From the NCBI GenBank assembly GCA_034226945.1, contig CP120457.1, forward strand, positions 372,001 to 436,000: a stretch of 64,000 bases of DNA. Reading direction: 5' to 3'. Below, one piece after another: positions 35,050 through 45,456 of this stretch. The notes beneath the pieces are model-generated. The model saw nothing but the letters and a program-made list of their open reading frames with translations, was not told where the DNA came from and did no database searches. The position numbers were made by a program, and so were the translations under genes. Positions within the stretch are counted from its first letter, which is position 1. Each line of letters begins with the position of its first letter. Source of the DNA: Picochlorum sp. SENEW3. Lineage: Eukaryota.

Positions 35050-35581
35050 GACGCGGTGTCATGTCATGTATAAAACATTTAAAAAGTGTCTACATTAGAA
35101 CATTACATACATGTCCGAAACCGTTCCATGCAATACAAGACCCTGCCACCACCTCCGACTCCGTAACGCATGAAATACATCAGAATATATTATTGTATCA
35201 AAGAATAACAACGGAAGAATATGTCCAATGTCGTATGGCGGATGCCGACGATGCATCGCCCGTGACGCACGAATTGATATCAGTCTGTGCGTTTTAACCA
35301 AGGGTGTTGTATCTCATTTGACATTATGAAGTAAAATATACAAGGTAGGTGGCATTGGGGTTGCTAGCAGTGTTTGGCTGTCTTGTCTACGTGAGCGTGT
35401 GAGAATTGAGCAGTCGACACTTTTTTAATGCAGACGCAACTAGTGTGTGACAATTTTTTAACGAACGCTTGTATTAATATTACATTCTGAGACTGAGAGG
35501 ATTATTAGTAGCAGTAAACTCGTACAATATATTCCACCTTGTACATTTGTGACGGACATCTTGAGGGAAACACTTTTTTTG

Positions 35582-37171
35582 ATGGAACCGAAGAGGAGAA
35601 AGGATGATTGTGCGGGTATTGAGGGTCCAGATACTCTTCTGGGTGATTTGAGTAAGGATGCACACGGGGGAGTGAAGAGGCAAAGGTGTGGTGGCGATGT
35701 GATCCCCTACCCATTCATGGTGGGTGAGAAGGAGGCTCTGAGGTTGAAGGAGCAGCCGAGCTCGAGTCTGAGGGATACCATGGTGACGCCGCCTAGTGGG
35801 CTGTATAAGAGTAGTGGAGCACGATCACAATCGAAAGAGAGTGATAAGAATGGGGATCGAATAGATTCGTATCTGTTGAAGTTGTTGAGTCCAGCAGAGA
35901 TGACAAAGGTTATTAGTGCTGGACAGGCTGGTTCCACAGGGTTCAAAATGCCAGAGCCCAAGGTTGCACGGCACGATTCACAAGGGAAGAGTGGTGCAGC
36001 TGGTATTCAGGCATCCAATTCTTTGGGGAAGGAGAAGGTGAAACGTGGTCAGTGGGAGTATGTGGATACGCAGAATGTTCTGGGAGAGGACTTGACAGGT
36101 GCTCTGAGGAACTCTGTTGTGCAACACCAAAGGGAGTACCTGGAGCAGCTGTACGATCTTCATCGAGCTATAGCGGTGCAGTCGTTACTTGTGAGACATA
36201 GTAATGATCAGCAAATGGTTGTTGATTCGTATCAGAAGGAAAAGGAACGGGAAAAGAGGGCACGGGAGAAGGCTGGTTTAGGATTTGAGACGTCCACATC
36301 CTTGCATAAAGGTCTTCACCCAGATTCCCAGTTTGCAGCGGTTCCTCCTTCGCAGGATACAAATGCTGATGGTAGTGGAGATGATTTGACTGGCAGCGGT
36401 GATGATGTTGCTGGAAGTGGAAGTGGGGGAAATGGAAAGTCAGGAAATGGAAGTGGAGGAGGCTCGACAAGTCATCTCAATCCTCCTGGTGGTGGTCCTG
36501 TGATTCAGGGTCAGGTAAATGCGACAGGCATGCATCGCGCTCCATCAGGAGCGAGCAATGCCCCGATGTTTTCTTGGCCAACAGGCCATATGCTTCAGAT
36601 GCCTTTGCCTACAGGCGGGCCTGCTCCATGGAGTCAGGGATTGGATGGAGGGAATGATGCGGCCACTGGGATATATGGACAGGCTGGGTACCCAAGTCAA
36701 GATCCAATGATGTGGTGGTATCAGGATTATTTCAATCGATATGGAAATTCTCTCCAGCAACAGCAGGAGAAGGGACAAGAACATTCAAAGACTGTGCCAT
36801 CCGTATTTAAATGGTGGCAAGATCCTAAACTGGCATTCGGTGCCCCTGCTGATGCGAAAGAAGTGATTGCAAAGACCAAGGCGCCAGTTCGGCGTGAAGG
36901 TGGTGAGGTTGAATCCGCACCTGCCAAATCTCGTGGAAAGACTGAGAGAATTGTTGCTCCTCCTCCCAAGCCCATGAAGCGGCGAAGGAGGCGCAAACCT
37001 GAGGATCCGGTTGGAGAAGCAAGCAGTGGTACAAGTGGACCTGCGTATCATCACCAGAATTCTTCTGATGATGTGTGCAATGCACGGTCTCCAAAATCAC
37101 GGGATGCCAATGTGGCAAAACTTTTGCTTTCAATTAGTGGAAAATGCATGGATGGTACTACTAGCGCTTGA
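35582..37171 (+). CDS. Low-complexity nuclear protein with an ELF3-like conserved block
   Basis: VLGEDLTGALRNSVVQHQREYLEQLYDLHRAIAVQSLL resembles ELF3 block II; NLS KPMKRRRRRK; C-terminal NVAKLLLSIS. Confidence 0.6.
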   Translation: MEPKRRKDDCAGIEGPDTLLGDLSKDAHGGVKRQRCGGDVIPYPFMVGEKEALRLKEQPSSSLRDTMVTPPSGLYKSSGARSQSKESDKNGDRIDSYLLKLLSPAEMTKVISAGQAGSTGFKMPEPKVARHDSQGKSGAAGIQASNSLGKEKVKRGQWEYVDTQNVLGEDLTGALRNSVVQHQREYLEQLYDLHRAIAVQSLLVRHSNDQQMVVDSYQKEKEREKRAREKAGLGFETSTSLHKGLHPDSQFAAVPPSQDTNADGSGDDLTGSGDDVAGSGSGGNGKSGNGSGGGSTSHLNPPGGGPVIQGQVNATGMHRAPSGASNAPMFSWPTGHMLQMPLPTGGPAPWSQGLDGGNDAATGIYGQAGYPSQDPMMWWYQDYFNRYGNSLQQQQEKGQEHSKTVPSVFKWWQDPKLAFGAPADAKEVIAKTKAPVRREGGEVESAPAKSRGKTERIVAPPPKPMKRRRRRKPEDPVGEASSGTSGPAYHHQNSSDDVCNARSPKSRDANVAKLLLSISGKCMDGTTSA

Positions 37172-37297
37172 TTTTTATTATCATCATCTTATTTTTTTTG
37201 CAACTGATACAGTATTGAATCGCAATCAATCAATATATATATATACAACTAGATTTCTTCTTGCCAATTGTGCGTGGCCTTGTATCGGGTAGGATGA

Positions 37298-38746
37298 TTA
37301 ATTATACGAGCTCCTCTCTCGTAATTCTGTTGATGAGATGTCAAGACGGAATTCATCTGCAGACAAGGCAGAGAAGAGCGATCCTCTCCTCAAGACCTCT
37401 GGTACCTCGATATCCTCGAGCGTATGGAACCTTCCCGTCTCTTTATCAACCCTACCGGCAACAATGAAATCGCATTTTTGGTGGGCGAGCTTGGCAAACT
37501 GAAGCATCATGGCTGTCTCAGACCCATAGTACCTTTCCTGTACTAGTCGTACTGCTGTATCATATCCCACCACGAACGTACTCGATGGGAACAGTTCTGC
37601 CTTCATCGTGAATAAAGGTGCTTGAGTAAGAATCACAGGAGCACCAGTAGCCACAAATTGCTTTACTCGGCGCTCTATTTCAGACTGGTCGAGCAACCCC
37701 TTGTCTGCATTTCCAATAGAAAGCTCAAAGGCTCCCTCTTTTCCTGGGCGTCTATTCTCGGCTGCCATTAAAAGCTCTCTGTGCCCATCATGAAGTGGAT
37801 TGAATGACCCAGGTAGGTATATTCTGTTTGGTCGAGGAGCGTCCAAATAGATACACCCTCCTGAAAACTCCACAGTCTTGGCCTCACCAGTCAAAATCTT
37901 TTTCACTGCTGCTGACACACACGCGTTAGATGAATCATTCATCCCTGGTATTAAATCGTGTCTTTCGTACTGTAATGTATCAACGTTTGTATCGATACAT
38001 TCCTGAGTAAAGTGCTCCATACCCTTCTCCGTCACACCCATGGCACTAGCAATGGCTTCCAAGGCAAGCTCGCTTGCAATCACATCCTCCTCCAATCTGC
38101 TCCGAGCTCCCTTTTCCAGTATCAAGGAGTACCATGTGTATGCCCTTGGTCCATACACGGAAATAAAAATCTTATCATCACCTCGACGGTGTCTGTCAGT
38201 AGCCAGTCCACATGTCACCCCCACCCCCATCACGGGCGTTCCAAAGGCACTCCAACCAACTGCTTTACGGTACGCTGCCTTTGCCAATGCAATAGCTGTT
38301 GGAACACTCGCTGATCCAGTATTCGTATCATGAATCTCAGGAGGAAGAACCTCCTCCATACTATCCTGGCTGTATGGAATACGAACATCCAATACAGTTC
38401 TCGATGCTCCCGGTACACTCAACAGCCACGTACTCGTATGCATCCCTCCTCCAGTCACAAAAAGGACAAGCTTTGTCTGAGTGCTATGAATTCTTTCGAC
38501 AACACTCGTACGCCGATCATCATCAGCCGAGACAACGGCATGGCTTCCTCCCTCTTCCATAGTATTCACTACTGTACGTACACCTCTCTCACGTGGAACC
38601 TTTTGTCTATTGGGTGTACTATTTTGTTTTATAGTACTTTGAAATCCAAATAACAGCCTCGTTTGCGAAGGGTTTGCAATCACACGCCCAACACGACGAG
38701 TGTTTTCACCCTGCAGCTGACACAGACTCTTGGTCGTGCTCCACAT
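37298..38746 (-). CDS. CinA-like N-terminal domain plus nucleotidylyltransferase (NMNAT/NadD-like HxGH fold)
   Basis: LFVTGGG..WLLSVPGASRTVLD, LATDR; PGSFNPLHDGH, FVVGYDT, DISSTELR. Confidence 0.88.
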   Translation of the reverse strand: MWSTTKSLCQLQGENTRRVGRVIANPSQTRLLFGFQSTIKQNSTPNRQKVPRERGVRTVVNTMEEGGSHAVVSADDDRRTSVVERIHSTQTKLVLFVTGGGMHTSTWLLSVPGASRTVLDVRIPYSQDSMEEVLPPEIHDTNTGSASVPTAIALAKAAYRKAVGWSAFGTPVMGVGVTCGLATDRHRRGDDKIFISVYGPRAYTWYSLILEKGARSRLEEDVIASELALEAIASAMGVTEKGMEHFTQECIDTNVDTLQYERHDLIPGMNDSSNACVSAAVKKILTGEAKTVEFSGGCIYLDAPRPNRIYLPGSFNPLHDGHRELLMAAENRRPGKEGAFELSIGNADKGLLDQSEIERRVKQFVATGAPVILTQAPLFTMKAELFPSSTFVVGYDTAVRLVQERYYGSETAMMLQFAKLAHQKCDFIVAGRVDKETGRFHTLEDIEVPEVLRRGSLFSALSADEFRLDISSTELRERSSYN

Positions 38747-38862
38747 ACAGTCAACAGCACCTGTAATAGGCTATCATTAATATGTAATATACTTTGGTTT
38801 GAGATGAGCCTGTATCCATCGGTAGGCTGTGATGTGGCTGATGATGTGCTTAAAGTGCTTTA

Positions 38863-41800
38863 CTAGTCCCGAGGTCTCCTTATATTTCCCTTTCAAGGCG
38901 GGCGCTCGACCGGACCGGTCGATCTAGGACTGATTGATTGATCAGTGATATACAGACTTAGAGTGGTGTAAGATGGTTACATTTACAATCGACACAGGTT
39001 GCCTTCCGTCAGGCATGGTGTGGAACCCTGATCAGGGTCTTTCGTGACGGAGGGAGTCATGCTGGACCGTGTCGGTCAGAGAGGAGGTGTTTCACAATGG
39101 TGAGCTGCCGCGGAGTCGGGAGAGCAGTGAGCTTGAGGCCTTCCCGGGATGTTTTCCTGGACAGCATCACGTACCCCATGCCCGGAGCGAACAGGTCTCT
39201 GAAGTCCATCAAGGTGGTCCCCGTAATGGAGGCACCTTGACACCTGTGAATGGTCATTGCCTTGGCAAGCATCAATGGAAAGGTCTTTCGGACAAATTGG
39301 TGCCCATCGAATTTGATCTCCTCCTGCTTCCTGGTGATCCCCACCGGAACATCATGGCCGTGAAACAGCACATGTATGGTCTGAATGGATGGAGAATCGC
39401 GCTTTCTGGTGATGGACGTGACGATGCCACGATCGCCATTGAAGACGGGATTGGCAAGACTGCCAAAATTCTGGGTGCACACCACCGAGCAGCCTATTGC
39501 AATTTTCTGGAGGGAATGAAACTTTTCCGAGAAGCACCATTCCTTCTTCTGTCTCGCCGCTTTATCATCCACTCGTGCAATGTCCTCATAGTTGGATACC
39601 ATGTCCACCGGAATAATGTCGTACCGTGGGAACTGTGCGTGCAGCGCAGCGGTGTTGAAATAGGCAACCTTTTTCAAATGAGCATGCAGCGAGATGGCCC
39701 CAGGCTGGGACATGAATTGGATCCACGTTTCGTTGCATGCCGTGTCATACTCGTCCTGACCGAGGGTGCCGTCTCGATCGGGGCGTAAGACGCAGTGTCC
39801 CAGGACCCGTTCTATGTCTGCCTGTGTGGGCGGCGCATGGAGCATGTTCTGCAGGAATTCAGCAAACTCCGGATCCTGTCGCTGCCGCTCCGATATGTGC
39901 ATCGTATGCTGTGTGGCGTACTGAAAGTAATGACACCTTTCCGTCAAGCAACTCGTGCAAACACTTGCAGCCAGATCCTGGATGCTGGACTGGTTGTCTG
40001 ACTTGTGGTGGTCGCCATCCTCTGCACTTGACGATCGAACAGACTTGCAATGACAGATGGGAGGCAGCTGATTGGGGTCTCCCACCAAAATGACTGCCTT
40101 GGTCGTAAAGACATCTTCGACACGGCTCGCATGGGGATCCACAGAGGCATATTTGGCCAGCGCAGTTTGCAAAAAGTTGCCTGTGAGCATAAAAGCCTCA
40201 TCAATAATGAGGACTTTGGAGCTTTGACAAATGGCATACTGTTTACTCTCCGTCCTGATAGTGCTGTGCAGAATACTCCTTTTGTATCCAGGTCCAATGG
40301 ACAAGGCGCTGTGCAGGGTGGATCCATCTGGCAGGTTGCGCGCTGCCGCGCCAGTAGATGCGGTGACAAGGACACGTTGCTTCAATTCCTGGGTGCAGTA
40401 TTGGATGATCTTGTTGATCAGGAAGGTCTTTCCTGTTCCAGGGCCACCATTGATGACGTGCAATCCCGTAAAGTTCGATCGACACAGAGCATCGAAGACG
40501 TTTTGCTGATCCTCGTTCAGTGGGACCGGGCACTGAAGGGCGAGGTGGCTCTCAGGGAATTGATCGGTCTGAAAGGCAGTGGTCCGGTCGTCCCTGTCTT
40601 TGACGTTCGCACCAGTCTTGTAATACTCTCTCAATTTAGCCACATCCGTGAGGATACAGTACTTGGTAATGTTGTAGTCCCGGTAGTACTGCTGCAAATG
40701 TTGAGTCAACTTGAGCGACACATCACGCTCCAGATCTTCATCTGAATCTACCATGCCCAGGGCTTGGCACTTTTTGAAATACGAGCCTTCCGTCAGCAGC
40801 GTGCCCTCCATCCTAAAGGATACGGTCGATAACAGCAGATTGTAGAAAAACCCTTCTGGCAATGATGTGGGGGGATGGTTGGTGAAATGCACAATCTGGG
40901 GACATTTGTGTCTGTACACAAACCTATTCTTTTTGTCCTGGCCAACATACAGGTCTTCACCTTGCAATCGCTTTTTGAGCACCCTGTATGTCCTGAAGTA
41001 CTCGGGGTAGGTGATGTGCTCCATCTCTGGTAGGTCGGGCCTGTTTTCGTAGTAGTCCATGTGTGGCGTGATGACACCATTGCTGCAACTGAGCATCGTC
41101 CGGCGAATCTCTTGTGGTTCTGTCCGGATGTACAGGAAAGGGCATTTGATCCAGCGCCCATCGTGTTTCATCCGCATGTCGGCCACAGGGATTCCCAGAC
41201 ATTGGAGGGAGGCCTCCACGTGGCTGACCGGCTGGCTCTGTGTGGCAGCATTGACCACTTTGACGACTGCAGGGTCGATGCGCGCCATGTTCAGTTGCCT
41301 CTCAACTTCACCATTGACCTCCAGCTTCCCGGTGGGTTCCGATTTCATCGTGTATTTGCATACGTAGAAGGACAGTTGCGAATGGGTGACTCTCTTGAGG
41401 TTCATGTGGCCATTCCAGGACATCAGTAGCTGCAAGCATTAGAGTAATGAAAATCAGTCAGGGAGCAGTAGTCACATCACACAGAAAAGATCTCGAATTG
41501 AAACGTACGAGTGGGTCGTATTCGACGACATTTCTGCTTTCGTAGTTGGGGCAATAGTAATCGTACGAATTGTTGAGCTCGTCCAGTTCAATGTCGCCCA
41601 GATGGATGCCATGGGGAAAGTGGAGTTTACACCCTCCCCGACGAAGGCATTTACCGTTGCAGTTGTGTATTTGTTTTCGACAGATAATCTGATGCAGTTT
41701 ATACTTTCCAGGATTGGTCGCGGGATCAGGACGCTGCAAGGTTCCATCAGGCCCCTCGTCCAGCAGAATGTCTCTCTGAATCTGGTTGCTGTACCGGGCC

Positions 41801-44800
41801 ACGGATTCTGGTGTGGACCACAGAAGGATGTGCGCGTGCACCGCCTGCCTTCCTTGCATTTCGTATCGGCATGTATACTTGGTGATCTCCCCCAGTCGTT
41901 TCATTCCCCCTAGAATGAAATAATTCATGAAATTGGTGACTCGGTGATGGAAGAGGACAGCAGCCTCTGCTTGGCAGTTGTTCATTTTTAGTTTGTATGC
42001 CCCACGGTCTTCACGCAAGTTATTGAGCTCCGCCAGTATATCATCCATCTGTTTGTATTCGTCCCATTTCAGTTCGGTAATGTTGTCCACCGTCAGAGTC
42101 AGGAAATAATCTGGCATGCCAGATTCCTTGGTCAGAGCATTGATCTGATTGACCTTGATGCGCCACCACTGAGGAGAGAAATCAATCGTTCCTGGCACTT
42201 TGTATTTAATCAAGTGGCGGATACACTTTTCTTCACTCTCGTTGGGATGCGTAATCCTCCTCCTTTTGTATGCGTCTGTCAAGGTGAATTTTCTTTGTGA
42301 CGTTGTGTACTGCATCACAATCAATATTTGGTACATCATCAGAATGTACTCTTGTACCAGCGTAAATGGAGAGAATAAGCACGACAGCCTATTCTTTAGA
42401 TACTGACCGAATTCTCCCACAAACGACTGCCTGCCTGGTGGAGGAATGAAGTGGCCTGTGCCATGGGGAAACAGATATGGAAAAATTGTGTTCTCGGCCG
42501 TCATGGGAACATCGCTGTTCGGCAGATGCAGCAGCTCCAACTCTTCTGGAACGTCCTCGGCAGTATCCGTGGAATCATCCGAAGATGGACCAGGCTCGTC
42601 GAGAGTATGAGCTGTAGGATACTCCCCGCTCTCGCTCGTAGTGTGCTGCCTTCGGATACTGGCAACGCCACTGGGATAGCAGGCAAGCTGTTCGGGTTCG
42701 CACAGACTGGAATTCCTATTTACGTGTCTTGGGTACACTTTTCCGACATTCATCGCCGTTGACCCATACAATGCATTCCTGTACACAGGGTCATTAGCTA
42801 TGATGACCATATCCTGTTCGTGGGCCTGCATATCACAACAAATATGGTTTGGTGACTTGCGAGTACGGCTGACGGCATGCATCAGTAAAACATACCTGAT
42901 CTGTACTATTGGAGGGATCTGTACCGGCACCAGCCGTGGTTTGCGTGCCAGAAGGACCTGGATCATCATGTGACGGAGAGTCACCATCCTGCATGAAGAA
43001 ACAGTGTGTCAGTTCACTATTGTGAAGCACACATGTACAAAACTGTACATACCACTTGATCGCTACGTTCCGTGTCTTCTACAGGCCTTTGGTATATCGC
43101 AGGGTTACGATTACGAGCAACTTCCAGGATCGACTCCACTATTCCAGGTGCCAGATATCTATTCAGCAGGAGATCGGGCACTTCGGCCATAGGTCTCAGC
43201 TTGCGATACACAGGATTGGTCACAAGATTTGTAAACAGGACTGATTGAGCTCCAGGATGTATCAAAAGTCTGCCATGCTCCCCAACAATCAGGTTATCAA
43301 CGCCAACCTCAGCAAAATCTTCATCCTCATACCGCGTGCCAGCCTCTCTGACAAGGGGTGCCAGGAACATGTTGAACGCCTTGGCCATCCCAGTACTCCC
43401 GGAGCTGTACTCGGTGAATTCGTAGCCAACGTCCACGCACTGCAACAGCTGCCGTTCTCGAGGGTGGCACCCAAGCAGGACACCTGCATACTGTTTATTC
43501 TCCATGACGTCAAAGTTCACCTCCCAGTCCGTCGTCCTTTTGTTATGAGTCCGATTCTTTGTCACATTATGGCATGTCTTGCATTGTTTCCAACATATTT
43601 GGCCCCGTCCATTTCGAAATGTGTACTTTCCTGGCAGAGTGGGGTTGTTCCGTTGAGCACGGCACTTTCCACCCTCGACATCGGCCCGGTGTTCCTGGAC
43701 ATTTACAAATGTAGGGTTCAGCGATCCACCCAGCTCGCACGCCCCGCACAGGCAGCACCGTGCCATTTCCGTAAAGGTTTTGGAGCACAGGTCATCCCAT
43801 TCTTTTGTCGCCTCCAACAGCAAATCATAGTACTCTCTGCCTCTTTCTCGCCCACGTGCTTCTATTTCAAATATTTGATTGCTCAATCGTGCTATTTCTG
43901 GATTACAATAGTCCACGGCAGGCGATCCAGAGTCATCGTCGTTGTCTGACAAATTGTCCACCTCCTCCTCTTCAAGATTGTAGTCTGCATCGTCCGCATC
44001 TCTTGGGCGACGACGTGGTCTTCTCCTCGGCCGAGAAGAAGAAGAACGTATATTAGCGTGTCCATGACTGTCATCTGACATTTGCATGGCCTCGTGCTCT
44101 TCGAAGCTCGAGTCAAAAGGGTCATCCACACCAGTGTCGTCATCGAAGAGCAAGAAGTCTCCATTCTGCAGGTGTGTCTTCCTGGTGGCACGCCTTCTGG
44201 GTCTTTCAGAACGAACAGGTGTACTTTGGTCGTGATTTACTGTCTCCCTCGATTCTGCACCTCTTCGTATGCGTCGGTCGGTCCTGTAGTTCACAGTAAA
44301 GTCTGCGTCCTCTACATGTTTAGAGTTACACATGACCAGTGTTGCAATGTGAAAAGGTTCAATCTTTTTACATGATTATTCCAAGTAATACATATTGATA
44401 GCAGTCAACATGGTCTTTATGGATGAAATGCCTGGTCAACTCACCACATCATAATAGTAGCACGTTGACTCTCCTGTCACCAGGTGGTGCCCAGTCAACC
44501 CTTCAGTCCAAGTCCGACTATCGCGAACATTAGTCGCAATATCTTCCTCATCTTTGAATCGATCAGTAGGTCTTTAGAAAGAAACATTTTGTTTTTTCAT
44601 CTTCTTTTCATTTCGTCCGCCAGAAGAAGCCACAGTTCAACTTGGTACAATCAGAAATTCGTCCGAATCACCGCATTTCCACCTTCCGCTCGTCCCCCCG
44701 AGACGAATTCTGGACTATTCGACGCAGAACAGGCTTCTTAGTCGAGTTAGGCCATCGACGGGATTAATTAGGCAGGCACAGGCCCGGCAGGCGGCGAATT

Positions 44801-44836
44801 AGGCCACAGTTCTTATTCGGGATATAAGGAGCCCCA
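38863..44836 (-). mobile_element. Autonomous Helitron-like rolling-circle transposon (Helitron2/Helentron-type); boundaries approximate
   Basis: Encodes HUH Rep plus PIF1 helicase. Inverted repeat CTCCTTATAT (38876..38885) pairs with ATATAAGGAG (44822..44831). There is a hairpin at 38906..38922 and a CTAG|T at 38866..38862 on the minus strand. It lies between divergent host genes. Confidence 0.8.
39057..44333 (-). CDS. RepHel transposase (HUH/Y2 endonuclease plus SF1B PIF1-like helicase), 4 exons, ~1687 aa
   Basis: Exons 44333..43053, 42988..42896, 42825..41509 and 41429..39057 are joined by phase-0 GT-AG introns. Motifs: FPYLFPHGTG, YFLTLT, RYEMQGRQAVHAHILLW, YDPL|LLMSWNGHMN, FYVCKYTMKSE, GGPGTGKT, ASTGAAA, STLHS, LIIDEA, VGDPNQLPP, SERQ, NGDRG, FPLMLAKAMTIHRCQG, GMGYVMLSR. 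Confidence 0.93.
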
Positions 44837-44929
44837 TTACAGAATTTTTGCATTCCTACTGGATACTGAAAAGAAAAATTGCATGCATTTCTTTTACGAA
44901 TCTGTTATTCCCATTATTGTTTTTGCTGC

Positions 44930-45364
44930 ATGAACGTTGCGATGGGGCATCTTTGCATTGTGGGTCCAAAGGGAGTCCCACGTGCTAGCAGCAGCACAAC
45001 CACTGGTGTGCTTGTCTCTGCACGTTCATTCATGACCTGGAGGAGGCGGTCAGGCTCTATGTTTGTTAGATCGAGTGATCCGGATCAACAGATGGATCGG
45101 TATGAACCCAAGCGTTTTGATGATGTGGACAAGCTGCTCTTGTCTGTGAAACACTATGTGCAGCATCCAGACAAGGCTGTCAGGGATTTTTGGACATTTG
45201 TGGTCGAGTCGATTGGTTTGATGCGGCATGTATACAAGCCTAAATTGATTAGGGAAAGTGTGTGGAGGTCTATTGTGGTTTTGATTGTTGTTGCAGTATT
45301 CTGCAGTGTGGTTGTTGGAATGGATGCCTGTCTGCAGCTGCTTCCAGCAGCGATACAGTCATAG
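44930..45364 (+). CDS. SecE-like plastid preprotein translocase subunit
   Basis: Transit-like N-terminus, an amphipathic segment FVVESIGLMRHVYKP, then one TM helix ending in GMD, as in SecE proteins. Start uncertain. Confidence 0.5.
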   Translation: MNVAMGHLCIVGPKGVPRASSSTTTGVLVSARSFMTWRRRSGSMFVRSSDPDQQMDRYEPKRFDDVDKLLLSVKHYVQHPDKAVRDFWTFVVESIGLMRHVYKPKLIRESVWRSIVVLIVVAVFCSVVVGMDACLQLLPAAIQS

Positions 45365-45456
45365 TATGATGATTGTGTCACAATACAAATACAAATCGAA
45401 TCCTTATGTATAGAAAATCACGCATATAGAGAGAGATTGAGAGGTACAGAGTGTCA

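Noticed and set aside
38863..44836. Fanzor/TnpB, AP endonuclease or captured host gene inside the Helitron
   Set aside because: No RuvC or APE motifs are recognisable; all long minus-strand ORFs are accounted for as RepHel exons, and the plus-strand ORFs are antisense shadows.
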